A stretch of DNA of 63,118 nucleotides, counting the filler, from Phoronis australis (lineage: Eukaryota; Animalia; Phoronida), in assembly GCA_002633005.1 (NCBI GenBank). It is 10 parts of 10 records of this genome, joined end to end, with 100 filler letters (N's around TTAATTAATTAA, not from the genome) between each part and the next. Parts side by side here need not be neighbours in the genome. Positions count along the whole stretch, not along the records: positions 1 to 8,222 come from NMRA01001506.1; positions 8,323 to 12,982 come from NMRA01002524.1; 8 more parts are not named here. The stretch is one strand, 5' to 3'. Positions within the stretch are counted from its first letter, which is position 1. Each line of letters starts with the position of its first letter. A model generated the notes under the pieces. That model ran no database searches. It was not told the DNA's origin and saw nothing but the letters and a program-made list of their open reading frames with translations. The position numbers and the translations under genes were made by a program. Shown here piece after piece: positions 1-13,082 of this stretch.

Positions 1-1779
1 GGATTTTCATGAAATTTGGTATGTAGGCACCTGTTAGTGAGATGACGCTATCCTCCCATTTTCAGATGGATTCGACATAGTTTGCGCCACCTAGTGGCCA
101 TTTTTAGTGTTTTCGAGTCTGTTTTTGTGCGTCCACCCCTCTATCAACCAAACCGCTCAAAGGATGATTGTGAAAATTGGCATGTATATGCTTACTATGT
201 AGAGGACGGTTGACGATGATTTTCCGACGATTTCGACTACTGTGGCACATCCTAGTGGCATTTTTTTTGCGCCTATGGCTGTATCTCCTAAACCGTTCGC
301 AGGATCTTTACGAAATTGTGTAAGTATACTTATATGATGTTAACAACGGAAGATGACGACTTTTGGACGGATCCGATTACCGGTGTGCCCCCTAGTGGCA
401 ATTTTAGTTTTTTATGCTTACCTTTGTATCTTCAAATGTCCTGAACGGATTTTCATGAAATTTGGTATGTAGGCACCTGTTAGTGAGGTGACGCTATCCT
501 TCCGTTTTCAGATGGATTCGACATAATTTGCGCCACCTAGTGGACATTTTTACTATTTTCGAGTCTGTATTTTTGCGTCCACCCCTCTATCAACCAAACC
601 ACTCAAAGGATGATTGTGAAAATTGGCATATATGTGCTTACTATAAAGAGGACAACTGATAATGATTTTCAGACGATTTGGACTACTGTGGCGCCTCCTA
701 GTGGCAGTTTTGTTTTTTTGCGCCTATGGCTGTATCTCCTAAACCGTTCGCAGGATCTTTACGAAATTTAATAAGTGTATTTATATGATGTTAACAACAG
801 ACGATGACGACTTCTGGACGGATCCGCCTACGAGTGTGCTCCCTAGTGGCAATTTTATTTTTTTACGTTTACCTCTGTATCTTCACAAGTCCTTAACAGA
901 TTTTCATGAAATTTGGTATGTAGGCATGTATTAGTGCGATGACGCTATCCTCCCGTTTTCGGATGGATTCGACCTAGTTTGCGACACCCAGTGGCCATTT
1001 TTACTGTTTTTGAGTGTTTTTTGGCGTCCACCCCTCTATCAACCAAACCGCTCTAAGTATGATTGTGAAAATTGGCATGTATGTTCTTACTATGAAGAGA
1101 TCGGTTGACGCTGAATTTCCCATGACTTTGATTACTGTGGCGCCTCCTAGTGACAGTTTTTTTTGCGCCCATGGCTGTATCTCCCAAACCGTTTGCAGGA
1201 TCTTTACTAAATTTAGCAAGTGTATTTATGACTAGTGGCAGTTTTTTTTTGCGCCCATGGCTGTATCTACCAAACCGTTTGCAGGATCTTTACTAAATTT
1301 AGCAAGTGTATTTATGTGATGTTTACAACGGACGATGACGACTTTAGGATGATTCTGACTACCGGTATGCCTCTAGTGGCAATTTTAGTATTTTACATTG
1401 ACCTCTGTATTTTTATAGGTCTTCAAGTGTATACTTTGTGTTACTTCATGACTATGAAGGAAAAGTTCCAAGTAGAAATTTGTTTCTGGCATTCTAATGC
1501 TGTGCTAATCTCGTATGTTGGTAAATTTGTTTTTAATTCTGTGTTTCTGTGGGGCTTTAAGCAACTGATGTATAGGATGTGCTTGTATTATGAAGATCAC
1601 TCACATTTTGCCCCTAGCCTATTGAGGAGACAATGACCATGCCTTTCCATTTTGCAAAGTACAACATACTACATATATGCCCTCTACTGGCCAATTTATG
1701 GTACTAATAAACAACCCTAGAAGGATACCGTATACGATGCAATTGTGGGCGCATTTCAACGCTCTGCATTGCTCTTGTT
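1..1779 (+). mobile_element. Tandem array of ~450-bp units (each built of ~150-bp subunits) ending in a Helentron/HINE-like 3' end
   Basis: GATTTTCATGAAATTTGGTATGTAGGCA recurs at ~2, ~448 and ~899. CCTAGTGGC and GAAA(A/T)TTGG motifs recur about every 150 bp. After a unique tail there is a short imperfect hairpin CAACGC-TCT-GCATTG followed by CTCTTGTT at ~1757-1779, the layout of Helentron-associated non-autonomous elements. The left end is outside the window. Confidence 0.6.
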
Positions 1780-4700
1780 AATATTTGTGTACATCTTTTT
1801 CAGTAGGTTCCCTACTCTCAACTGTTAAACCATTGCAGTAGATCAATATGTCATGCAGTACGAGTAGTGTTTAAAAAAATGTGATTTGAATTATTTCAGA
1901 TCTTTTATTTTTTCAGGTCGTACATATTGGAGTTCATCCCAAATTTCCAAAGAGCTTCCGTGAAAGGTTTCAGTTTATGATCACACCGTTACATCACTAT
2001 AGTTCTACAGGTGGTGCTTTTGTGCAAAACTTTCAAGGACTAATTCTTACTCTGGCAAGCTATAGAAGGCGCAAGGCAGTTATGACGAGATATGAACACT
2101 GGTGAAGTTCAGTCACCAAGTAATGGCGATTGCGTTGAATAGCACGAAACCAGAACAACCCTGTGCTGGAAAGTGGTCTGTTACCAGTGTGAACATTCTG
2201 TTACGATATTTTGTTTTCTCTCTACTATTCGACCCGAGGATAACTTTTGATTAATATCAAAACATCGTTTTAATGCTACACTCTAGCGTCGTTTCCACTA
2301 TTTACCTCTGTCATCAATTATATTGAAGTGTATCAAATTATTATCGAGTCATTCACTGAATTAGAGCTAAGACTGTTTTATTGTATATTCTTTACTGGCC
2401 TGCTCTTAATTACAGAGCTGTCACATCGCTTTAGTTTGCAAGATGATATCAAAAATGGGGAAACTGAGCTGAAAGTGACCAAGCAACAATCTGAGTAAGA
2501 AGCCCATGAACTGTGTTGTTTGTGACCAAAGTTTCTTGTTTCCACTTGTCCCCAGCTTGTTTGAAGATAACAAAATGTTTGGAAAACGAGTTTGTTGTGG
2601 CAGGACTTGCGAGGGGAATAGTGAGGACAGTGGTGCAGTGGAATGTCTTAGTGTTTATATGAAATAGCGTTGCACTTGTAGTCAGGTACCTTGTTATGTA
2701 TGAACATGCATATGACAAATCACAAGCATTTTTAAGTCTGGTCTGCACGCCACCTGTTGGCCACATCACGTGACTTAAAGTCCTTCTCTCACGCGTTGTT
2801 AACCCTTATTACATGGTTAGAAGATGTTACAAGGATCCAAGAAGTACCTACCCCATAACTAATACACGATCCGTACTCGAAAACAGTTTAAATGAACGCG
2901 CCACTCACGATTCGCACCCGAAGAAACACCGCCATTTTGAACTTGCCGCGAACCCGGAAGTACAATTCATTCAGGAACCCAGGCCGAGAAAACGCCGTCA
3001 GTGCGACTGGAGCAGTGCCTGTACTGTTACCAGCCAGCAAACGGGGATAAAAAAATCGACAGCGCGCCTTAATTTTGATAAAATCAAACTACGGACAATT
3101 TTATGGAATTTGCTGAAGAAATGTGGCGAATAAATTTTGACAGAAATTATTTTGCCAGACTCGGGACCGCAGCCTATCGGACCCGGTGCGGATCGAGACC
3201 AGACACTGGCGAACGGTAAATGCATGCGGTTGCAAGCTGTTTTGTCGAAGTAAAATGGTCAAATGATAAATGCTGCATATATTCAAGGGTAGTTTCAGAC
3301 ACTTGCATGAAATTACGGGCTGGTTAGTCCTGTGTCACACTGCCGCGGCAGACCTTAGTTAGCCTCAGTCACCAGCTACCAGTGAAGACTATAGTCAAAA
3401 TACAGCTTGTTAGTAGGCCTATACAGCTTTGCGCCAAGACTACCCTTAGGCCTAACTGGTCGCTGGCCACAAACACAAAAAACACGAAAATTGAACAAAG
3501 TTTCTTTTTTGTAGCAACGTTTGTCAAAATGTATCAACGTTAAATCTTCACAAATTACAAAGTAGCCGATTGAACATGCCTTTCAGTTCAGCAAAAGTCG
3601 ACATTGTAGGTGCCGCCAGAAATGAGACGAAGTCCAACGGGAATTGTGAGCACATTTATCACTTAATGAGTAACAACTGCGAGGCTGAAATTTGGTGAAC
3701 ACTGCTAAATCGTGCAGAATAGTAAGTAAAGATATGTCTAACTAAATTTTACCGTAATTTGTTGGCGAAAACAATTTACACAAAGTTTTAAACTCGTAAC
3801 TCATCCCGCTGTCCTCCAATATGGCCGACGCGATCCAAACAAAGTGACCCAAATTTCGCCACAAAACTTGCAATAACTTTACAGTGCTTGCCCCGATTTT
3901 GATACTTTTTCGATTTTTACTGAGTAGAATGTACTACCTTTCCGATGATAGCAAAGTACTTTTTCAAAACGAGGAAAAAAATAAAACCGAAAAAAAATGG
4001 TTCGACCCATATTGGTTCCTAGGTTCGACCCGCCTACGTAAGGAACTAAACACCAATGCTATTTTAACATACTAAGTACGCGTAACATTCCAAAAAAATC
4101 AACGACCACTAACTACAAACTATAAATACACTACATATGCAAACGAATCACGATATATTACTAATAAAACAAAATAATGAAGACTTTTCGAGCAAGCCAT
4201 AGCACATTCAGTTACAAGGAAAAAATGGCGGCGTTCAGGACAAGTTCCTGAACTGATGAGCCGGAAATGTGGGTACGGAAATAACCGATGACAACCGGTA
4301 ATCATACGCTCAGAGAGAAGGGTCAAATACTGTTAAAAAATCGCTTTTGGCAAGAAAGGCGAAAAGAATATAAAGAAAGGGTGTCGAAAATAAGAATTTA
4401 TGTAGTAAGTATTTTCGGAAACTGGAACCACATGGGCAGTTTGCAAGAAGGACTTTAATGAACATAAGTCTTAAAAGATTTCTGCCCCTCTGATTTATAT
4501 TTCCATACCAGTTCAAGATTTACATTTTTATATACATACGACGTTTGTTAAAATGTGTCTCAGGTGTCTGAATGGTAACCGTTAACAGAAGTCACAAGAA
4601 CAAGGCCTGGCATTAGATGTTCTTTGTTATTTAGTTTTTGTAGACTTAGATCTATTTATTACTTGCATTAGGCATACCCTGTTCCATCTATGAATCATTA

Positions 4701-5039
4701 GCGACTTTTGGTTTTAACTGCTTTTAAGTGTCATGCAAATTCCTTACTGAACAGTCAAATATTGTTCTATATCTAAGTAGCCCGCAGTATAGACATTAAC
4801 AAGAAATTTACATGTATATAATCTGTGAATACACTGTCCTAGAGCCTTAAGTTTGCAGCTATGTTCACCCTGCTTCAAATGATTACAGTTCTTATACCGG
4901 TAGTACTTACAATATGTACTGTGTTCACCCCTCAGTGTAAAAAGGCGAAATGCGCCTCACACTCTGTCTTTGGGTACTGGATTTTTTTGCATTTCTGTCC
5001 TTTTGTTTCTTACTTTTCTGTTACAATAAAAACTCATGA

Positions 5040-6437
5040 CAGTGGCGGATCTANTCATGACAGTGACGGATCTAGGATATCACAAGGGGGGGCCCAACAT
5101 TTTGTCCGGCTGTAAGCATTTGCGCCAACCACGATTGTTGATGCGTATAGCACCGAATGGGGGGAGGTCGGGAGGGGAAAATTTTTCTGTTTTTTCCTCT
5201 AAAAATCAAACATTTTCCTTGATTCCTAAAGTATTATCGAAGAACAATAAAGCATAAAAAATTAAGAACGTGTCAAACAGGAAAAAATGCACATTCCACA
5301 GACTCGAACTCACGACCTAGCGAATAGAGCACGCGTGCTTTACCACTACACTACCACGACTTACCTACTAATCCTTTATTAAGAGACCTACTTGTTTGCG
5401 GTCCACAGCGTTTGCGTGCGAAACCTACTTCATTTTGTAATGCTTATTACATGTTTTATATTTTGTGCAATCGGTTCTGAACAAATTTGTTGTATTTAAA
5501 GTAGTCTTCAAATGCCCAAAAGACCAAATCCGTTTTTCGTGTTGGCAATAATGACGGGNAATGGGGGGAGGTCGGGAGGGGAAAATTTTTCTGTTTTTTC
5601 CTCTAAAAATCAAACATTTTCCTTGATTCCTAAAGTATTATCGAAGAAAAAAAAGCATGAAAAAATTAAGAACGTGTCAAACAGGAAAAAATGCACATTC
5701 CACAGACTCGAACTCACGACCTAGCGAATAGAGCACGCGTGCTTTACCACTACACTACCACGACTTACCTACTAATCTTATATTAAGAGACCTACTTGTT
5801 TGCGGTCCACAGCGTTTGCGTGCGAAACCTACTTCATTTTGTAGTGCTTATTACATGTTTTATATTTTGTGCAATCGGTTCTGAGCAAATTTGTTGTATT
5901 TAAAGTAGTCTTCAAATGCCCAAAAGACCAAATCCGTTTTTCGTGTTGGCAATAATGACGGGATTGCTTTGGAAATCGTCTTAAGTTAAGGTTTGACAAA
6001 GAGAGAATTATGAGTTTCCGAGTGTTTCACTAAGGCTTCGATTAAAATTCACATCTTACCAACAGCTTCTGTTTTTTCGTCGTCACTCAGATTCCATTTT
6101 CTTTAAAAAATGACGTAAATTTTCTTCATAGCACAGTGGAGCAGACGACGGAAACGGGGTCGTAGTGCGCAGCGCCACTGCCGGTCGCCTGGAATATCGC
6201 GGGAGAGCCTATACTTAGCCACGAATGCGCCCTGTTCCGAATTTGATACTTGAAATTGGATCTGAGCCCCCCCCAACAACACTAAAACTGCACACATTTA
6301 ATTCTTTTTTCATCCGTGTAACTTTTAATTACTTGGGTTAATTAATAAACTCAACATTTCCCTACGCACTTGCTGTTTTATTTTTTTTGCGGCAGCCAAG
6401 GGGGGAGAGGCCCGGGCCCCCCCTAAATCCGCCTATG
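5040..6437. mobile_element. Non-autonomous DNA element (MITE-like) with CAGTGGCGGATCTAGG-type termini and G/C-run subtermini
   Basis: Left end CAGT(G/G)(G/A)CGGATCTAGGATATCACAAGGGGGGGCCC at 5040/5061. Right end GGGCCCCCCCTAAATCCGCCTATG at ~6414-6437 is an imperfect inverted match. The same left end recurs at 33227. No clear TSD. Confidence 0.45.
5157..5962. repeat. ~400-420 bp near-identical tandem duplication joined at a single N (5559); contains a minus-strand tRNA-like segment
   Basis: 5157-5558 matches 5560-5962. The minus strand of 5298-5357 and 5702-5761 reads GTGGTAGTGTAGTGGTAAAGCACG...GAGTTCGAGTCTG (A-box and B-box like). Confidence 0.85.
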
Positions 6438-8222
6438 CATGCATTATTTTTATCTTGAAATATCTGGTATTTATAACTGGCCGTCTGGTTTTGTTGGAAT
6501 TTCTCGATATGAAGCACAAAATGGTCGTCGTTCAGGAATAGTTCGTGAACTAATGTACAGGGAACTAAGGTCACGGAAATGAACGGGCTATTCGGAGAAT
6601 TCTCCTCGCGGTGTCGCTGGTGTTCTAGTGGTGATTGAATTGCGCATGCGTGGCTGTCTGCATGTAAACAACTGGTAAAAGATGGAATTTTTATCAAAAT
6701 ACGACGTCGCGCTAAGCCATATTACTGCTAATTTCCCTGGTGCAAGTCTTCGACAGTAGTGGGTATTGAGCCAAACTCACTTGCTGACTGCAAGTAGAAT
6801 CGGTAGAAGCAGGAAAGAAGAAGTATCTGGACCAAGAGCTAAAGGCAGAGTCTGATGCGACTGAAATGCGAGACATGATATGTAAATGATAGTACACTGA
6901 CAGAAATAGGAATGAAATTATAAGAAAAAAATGATGAAGAAAATATTACAACTGGTTTGGTCCACAGCAATTTCCAACAAAGATTACCTGAAAGATATTG
7001 GCAAGGCTGAGATAATAACAATCTAGACAAACCTCTGAATTGTTTTGTAAAAACTATATTCATGGTAAAAAAAATATTTATAGTTTTCATTTTCTATCTT
7101 GACATATGCTGGCTAAACTGTCTTGGCCAGTATGGGTGGTCCTGTACTGTCTGGCAACAAGTCAGGTCTTTAGCGGCCTGACCTACAAAAATGTGAGGCA
7201 AAAATAGGAAAAAAGATCCTTAAATGAGAGAATCATTGTTCTCACAACGAGAAATTACTTTTTGGGCCTCTTTTACATTAACTTTTCAACAGGAAAAGTT
7301 GAAATGCTTTAGTTTGGGGATCAAAAATTCACCGCGATTCGAAGGAGTACCCCTAGCTGCAGTACCCGGAACTACGAAGTGGGTCAGAAATACACCCGGG
7401 CCCGGTCTCCAATCTCCGTACTCAGACTCATAATCATACTCGAGATTTCATACTCAAAATCGTGCTCACTGGAGTCGTACTCAAAAAAGCGTATCTAATG
7501 TCGGATTTCGAGTAGACTCCAAACGTACTCAAATCTGACNACTCATACTCGAGTTGCTATGGAACTCTTTATGATGTGAAATGCAAAATCACGCAAAGCC
7601 GCGCTGATTCATCGCTCCCTATTGGAATAGACCACTCCAAGAACTAGGCCTACATTATCGTCTGCTGTCGCTACAACTACATGTACAAGAGTATGTCTAT
7701 AACGTGGAATTCTGAGTGTTCTGTAACTGTTATTCATTTTTAGTTTCAATAAATATTCTTATGCCATTTCTTTGAATCATTTGGCAATTATCAAGCTTTA
7801 CTTCTTGAGTTCCTCACCCAGTCCCGAAAATGTCTTAAGAAATATGTAACGGCTTATCACATCACATCTCTGTTGCTAATTTAGTCTTGACATAAAACCC
7901 ATTGCTGTGTAGGCCTACGCTGATGTCAAACTTTGATACTGCAGCTTTGTATTTTACCGAGATGTATCAAGTGAGTTGACATTTGGCACGTGAGTTAAAA
8001 ACAATACTTGTGCAGGCATTCAGAGTTCACCATGAGTGGCAGTGAACGGGACGAGACGTCTACTTAGAAATCAGCAAACAAAATCTGGAATTCCATTTGG
8101 AGATTGAGGAATTATAGATGACTAAGTTATGATGAGAAATGTACCTGACAGGGAAGCGAACTTTTTTTAACTTCCCTCCCCTCCTCGTCTTTTGGAAACC
8201 CTACAAAACGTAGGCACACATA

Positions 8223-8322
8223 NNNNNNNNNNNNNNNNNNNNNNNNNNNNNNNNNNNNNNNNNNNNTTAATTAATTAANNNNNNNNNNNNNNNNNNNNNN
8301 NNNNNNNNNNNNNNNNNNNNNN
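8223..8322. other. Artificial scaffold gap linker N44-TTAATTAATTAA-N44 (also at 12983, 17280, 29095, 33254, 40116, 43313, 58122, 60434)
   Basis: An identical 12-mer with stop codons in all six frames is centred in each 100-nt gap. Confidence 0.97.
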
Positions 8323-9778
8323 ATCTGATCCACTTCAGGAATAAGAAGGAGTATCAATGATAGCGCATTGTCAACACACACACACACAGACCGTAACAGT
8401 GCCAGACTATACTAGATGCTCCGCTGTCCAGCTGTATTCCTTGGCGTCTTTCTAGCTTACAGAGTGAGGAAACAAAAACCCAACACAATGAACATGCTCA
8501 GACAGCACCATGAAATAATAAACATTCACAAGATAATCCAACACTGCGACCTTGTCATTCAGACACTGAGCGCAGATAATGTACTCTCCTGGGTCAGCTG
8601 AGTCAACCACCCAGGACACGGGATTGGTTCAGGATGACACCTTCCAATTCACAAACCAATCAGATGACGACCTGGCTGAACTGGTATATGTCAAACGACT
8701 GAACCACGGACAACCATTGTTTTCGGTAAATTTATTTACAAACCTAGATAACTCGCAAAGAGTAAATCAATTTGGATCTTGACTAATTTCAAAAGAGCCA
8801 CATGGTGTAGAATCTATGCTCATGTTGACATTGTCTGGTTTTAGTTTCCTTTCTCTGGACTGCAACATAGACCGTATGCATTGTATACTACCATGACCTT
8901 CAGGTTACCAGGACTCCAAGCTGCAAACAGTCACTGTCTTATTTACTAACACCTATACAAAGTGTAGTCATCCACCACGGCTAACGTGTATGAAACAGAC
9001 CAGCACGGCACAGCACGGCCCAACACGGCATGGAAAAAAGTCGCAAGCAAGCATCTGTGAGATTCAAATTTTAAGTTCATAACAAATTTTCACATAAATC
9101 TCAAACCCGGTCATTAAACAAGATCAGATGCATGAATTACCATATCCACCAGGGTATAACCCTATTTTGTAAGTTCCGCATACAAGCCCAATGGCTCGAA
9201 TATAAGCCCACCACTCTTACCTCCACGTCCTTGTTAAATCAAACCGATCTCTTCTGCAGCATGCACAATATTCAAACATAGGTTACTTGAAAGCTAGATT
9301 TGACCAAGCTTGATCAAGCTTACTGGTGGTACATCACCTTAGTTGATATTGTTCTCCGGGCTTAGATATCCTTATTCACACATGTCCAATCATTGCTCAG
9401 TTAGCATGAAAAATACTACTTATGAGCATGGTAAATGAGTCTTGTTCAGCAATCTTGTTATGTCAGTTACATTTGTCAACATAGAATTCCAAGCTTGAAA
9501 AACCTACTAGCCTCTTGATAATGGTTGCTGTGCAACCTTGAATAATTTTGCTAGTCAAAAACATAATTCAAGCCGCTTATCTTAAGCGAATTTCATCACC
9601 ATGCAAAACTCGGTTTCTTACCAAAAATAGACATAATTTTATGGGCTGTTCACCAGCAATAATGAAGCTCACATGGTACACTTGAGAGTACGAAAATAAA
9701 GACATCAGCCACGTAGCTAGCGAGATTATCCTACCTTAGTGGGGAAACTTAATACAGGAGGTCCCAAAACCTTGTCAA

Positions 9779-9920
9779 TGAATAATATTGAGCAAGCTTG
9801 GATAATACTGGATAAGCTTGAATAATATTGGCAAGTTGGATAATATTGGCAAGCTTGGATAATATTGAGCAAGCTCCAATAATGTGGGGCATGCTTGAAT
9901 AATACTGGACAAGCTTGAAA
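9779..9920 (+). repeat. Minisatellite, ~7 copies of ~20-bp GATAATATTGAGCAAGCTTG
   Basis: Repeated (G/A)ATAATA(T/C)TG..CAAGCTTG units read directly. Confidence 0.85.
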
Positions 9921-10946
9921 AACATGGGCTTATGGATGAGTGTGTCAAAGAAAAAATGCTCCCAAATTACAAGCCTTTGGGCTTATACCCTGGCGGATGC
10001 AGCATGTCCAAATTGAGATCAAACAAAGTTTTCAACAAGTCCTTTCACAGAAGAAAATCTATGCACATGACCCTTTAAAGATGACGGTTGCTGTTTGCAG
10101 CTGAAGTATAGCTGTCCATTGTCACCATGAATTCTTGAGTCTTGCAAAAAATTACACCACAACAAGACTTGGGAGGCGGGAATTATGAGGCTACATCAAT
10201 GGAGATTCATGACTTGTGAAAGGACATTTAAGTCAAGTTCATTTCCTCATTCTGAGAAAACAGAGGATTGTGTTTGAACTGGATGCAGTTTCTGCATTTG
10301 CTACCAAAGGTTGGATAGTCTTTCCGATTTAGCTGTCGAGCATTTCTCTATCGGATTCCAATCCATAAACCGGATCCTTCCGCCAAAGAAACTAATGCTA
10401 TTAAACTAGTCTTAAATTGTTCCTTAATCAAGACTAGAGGACTTGAGACCATAGTAAAAAGCGAAAGTTTGTCAGTGCTTGAGATCAAGCTCGGGCAGTA
10501 CATTGACACGTCACGACAAGCCAGTACTCATCTGCCAGTTCTTACATCCCCAGAGGTCCACTCTAATCAAGGTAAGGAGCAAGTTGAGACAACTTTCATG
10601 ATGGTCAACTATCTAAAGAAATAGGTATTTTTTCCGACAGAAGAAGGGTTTATACCCATTTTATGTCGCATTATAGATTTACTTGTAACAGTGAAAACAC
10701 TTTGCCACTTTACTTTATATAAAAACACACGACTTAGTCAACATCAAAAACGAAATGTCCTAGTGAGTACAATCCATTTATCGTTCCTCATAATTCCTCA
10801 CCATGTGTTACGAGGCGCATTATTCACCACTGTTAAACAGCCTAGACTGTCCCTTCCGTCGCCACGCGATGCGTGTTACTTGCTGCACACCTGTTCAGAT
10901 GCTCACACAGAAGCAACTTACCAAGTGAACAAATCTGTACATTATA

Positions 10947-10983
10947 AGAGAGAGGGACGGAGCGAGAGAGAAAGAGAGAGAGA
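10947..10983 (+). repeat. Imperfect (GA)n microsatellite
   Basis: AGAGAGAGGGACGGAGCGAGAGAGAAAGAGAGAGAGA. Confidence 0.7.
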
Positions 10984-13082
10984 TCGAGTGTGCATTCCCT
11001 TTGTATGACACCAGGTAGGTGAATGAGATGAACTGATCAGCTCACATTCCAATCAGTCAGGACATTAGCAATGCAAGGTTTAGGTTTAGGTTTAGTCTTA
11101 ACCAAACATTTTCTTCAAAACCAACACGATCATTAGTCAAAACTTGACAACAATGCTTAGTACATGCTATTTATTACCAACAATCCAAAATACAAGCAGA
11201 GTACTCACTTGATCTCTCTCCAAAGGGACACAAAATGCTTGATTGTATCGGCGCAGTTTCAGAACCATGCGACTGTATATGAAATCATGCCTCTTTTTCA
11301 AAAAAGCCTTTTTGCTCAGGTGCACGGGCCTAACATGCTTCACTTATAGGTACAGGTGCCTATCATTGGCATGGGCACATGTCTGAGAAAAGGTGATTTC
11401 TCTGGACACTTTTCACTTTAAATGGCAATAAAATCACCTCCATCACAAAACCAACTTTTGATTTAGACCATATAGCACAGTATAAAATTGGTCTCAAATT
11501 GTTGCTTAGTCAAATCAGATGTGACTTCAGGACTTCCAAAGAATTCGCAGACCAGACTTTACAAGTTTTATGTGCCAAGCAGGGTCACAAGGAGTAATGA
11601 ATTGACAGTTATTTGCAAGGCTAGCCGTACCTGTCCATCTGAGTAAGGAACAAGTTCGAGACCAATTGTGTAGCGATAATTGGCCTCAAATCAAAAGTTG
11701 GTTTCTTGGAGGTAACCTGGATTAATAACCAATCCAAAAAATTAAATAAATATTAAATTGAGAATGTTTCAACTTCATTTTGTGGAGGATAAATCAAGGT
11801 ACACTCAAATAGCGTTGCTATATCAACACGGTTTTGGTATTTGCTCTACAAGTGCTTCCCGCATAGATGCATACATCCAATTCCGAATATAGTATCAGGC
11901 ACAACTTCACATAGAGACGAATGGGCTTAAGTACTCGCACATACAATACCCACAGTTATTACAAGGTTAGGATAATACTCATAAATTTGTTGAGCCCAGG
12001 ACTGTCACATCAGCGCACGTTTGTATAACGCATCTTCAAAGAGATGGAATACTATACCTACCCAGGTCACTCTTAACCCGAACTTCCTGTCCTGGTAACA
12101 CACTATACGTTTGAGAAGACATTTTACCTGTTACGCAATAACTATCATCACTTCGGGTTCACCTCTCACATGGTCTGGGGACGCCTCATAATAAGAAGGG
12201 TTGCATGAACGGAAGACTAAACACTCCGGTTACTGGACAAAGGAATAGCTGAACTTGAGAGAACTGACCACGAGGCAATGATTATTGATGCAAAATGGTC
12301 TTTTTGCACCAACAAAAGAAATGCTACGTGGACAGAACGGCGAAAACTGGTTGTTGAACGTGTAGTGTAAAACTGAACTGTTAGAAGTAAATAAGGAACG
12401 ACAGTGAGTGCAGACGACAAAGAGAAAACGCAGAAGAGAAAATCAAAGCAGGTGTGAAAGACAATGAGAAAGTTTATGCACTTATACATTTCTTAAGAAA
12501 AGACATTGCAGTAAAATGGCAGATGCTCTAGTGATAAATATCTTCAATAACATACCGATAGATGTCGAGCGATGATACCCCTTGAATTACCATGGCTCTT
12601 TCAGAGTACTTTAATAGTGTGTATAAATATATATTTTTCAGTAAAAAGTGGAAAATATGTTGCGAACATTTTGTCCCGTCAGCACGCCATCTTTTGGTCA
12701 CATCACGTGACCTCATGTATACAAGTCCCCAACCGGGAATCAAACCCACGACCTCCTGCTAATAGTAGTTGAAAAATAGCGTGTACAAATTCAATGTACA
12801 ATGAAGCCTGTCTATCCGTGACTGTGAAGTGTCTACTTCAGTATAGTCACAAATTAAAACAGACTTTAAAAAAGTATTGACATGTGCCAGACTAACGCTT
12901 GCAAGCCTCGCTATAACAATACTACTACAAGTTTCTTTTGAATTGCCAATGCACAAAAATAACCTCCTTACTCTAACAAGAANNNNNNNNNNNNNNNNNN
13001 NNNNNNNNNNNNNNNNNNNNNNNNNNTTAATTAATTAANNNNNNNNNNNNNNNNNNNNNNNNNNNNNNNNNNNNNNNNNNNN

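Noticed and set aside
4253-4285. CTGATGAG...GAAA possible hammerhead
   Set aside because: Stem II does not close next to GAAA and no stem I/III or cleavage triplet fits.
8267-8278. Recurrent TTAATTAATTAA motif
   Set aside because: Synthetic gap linker, not biological.
9779-9920. CRISPR-like arrays (also 35973-36282 and 19500-19900)
   Set aside because: Head-to-tail or degenerate repeats without unique uniform spacers, eukaryotic context, no cas genes.
11078-11096. Telomere-like (GGTTTA)3
   Set aside because: Only three units, not TTAGGG; too short to interpret.
8323-12982. Additional DGK exons
   Set aside because: Looked for neighbouring DGK peptides (NPKSGG, LNPRQVFDL, GYTDEP, NNYFSLG) by eye here and elsewhere and found none; they may lie in gaps or outside the window.
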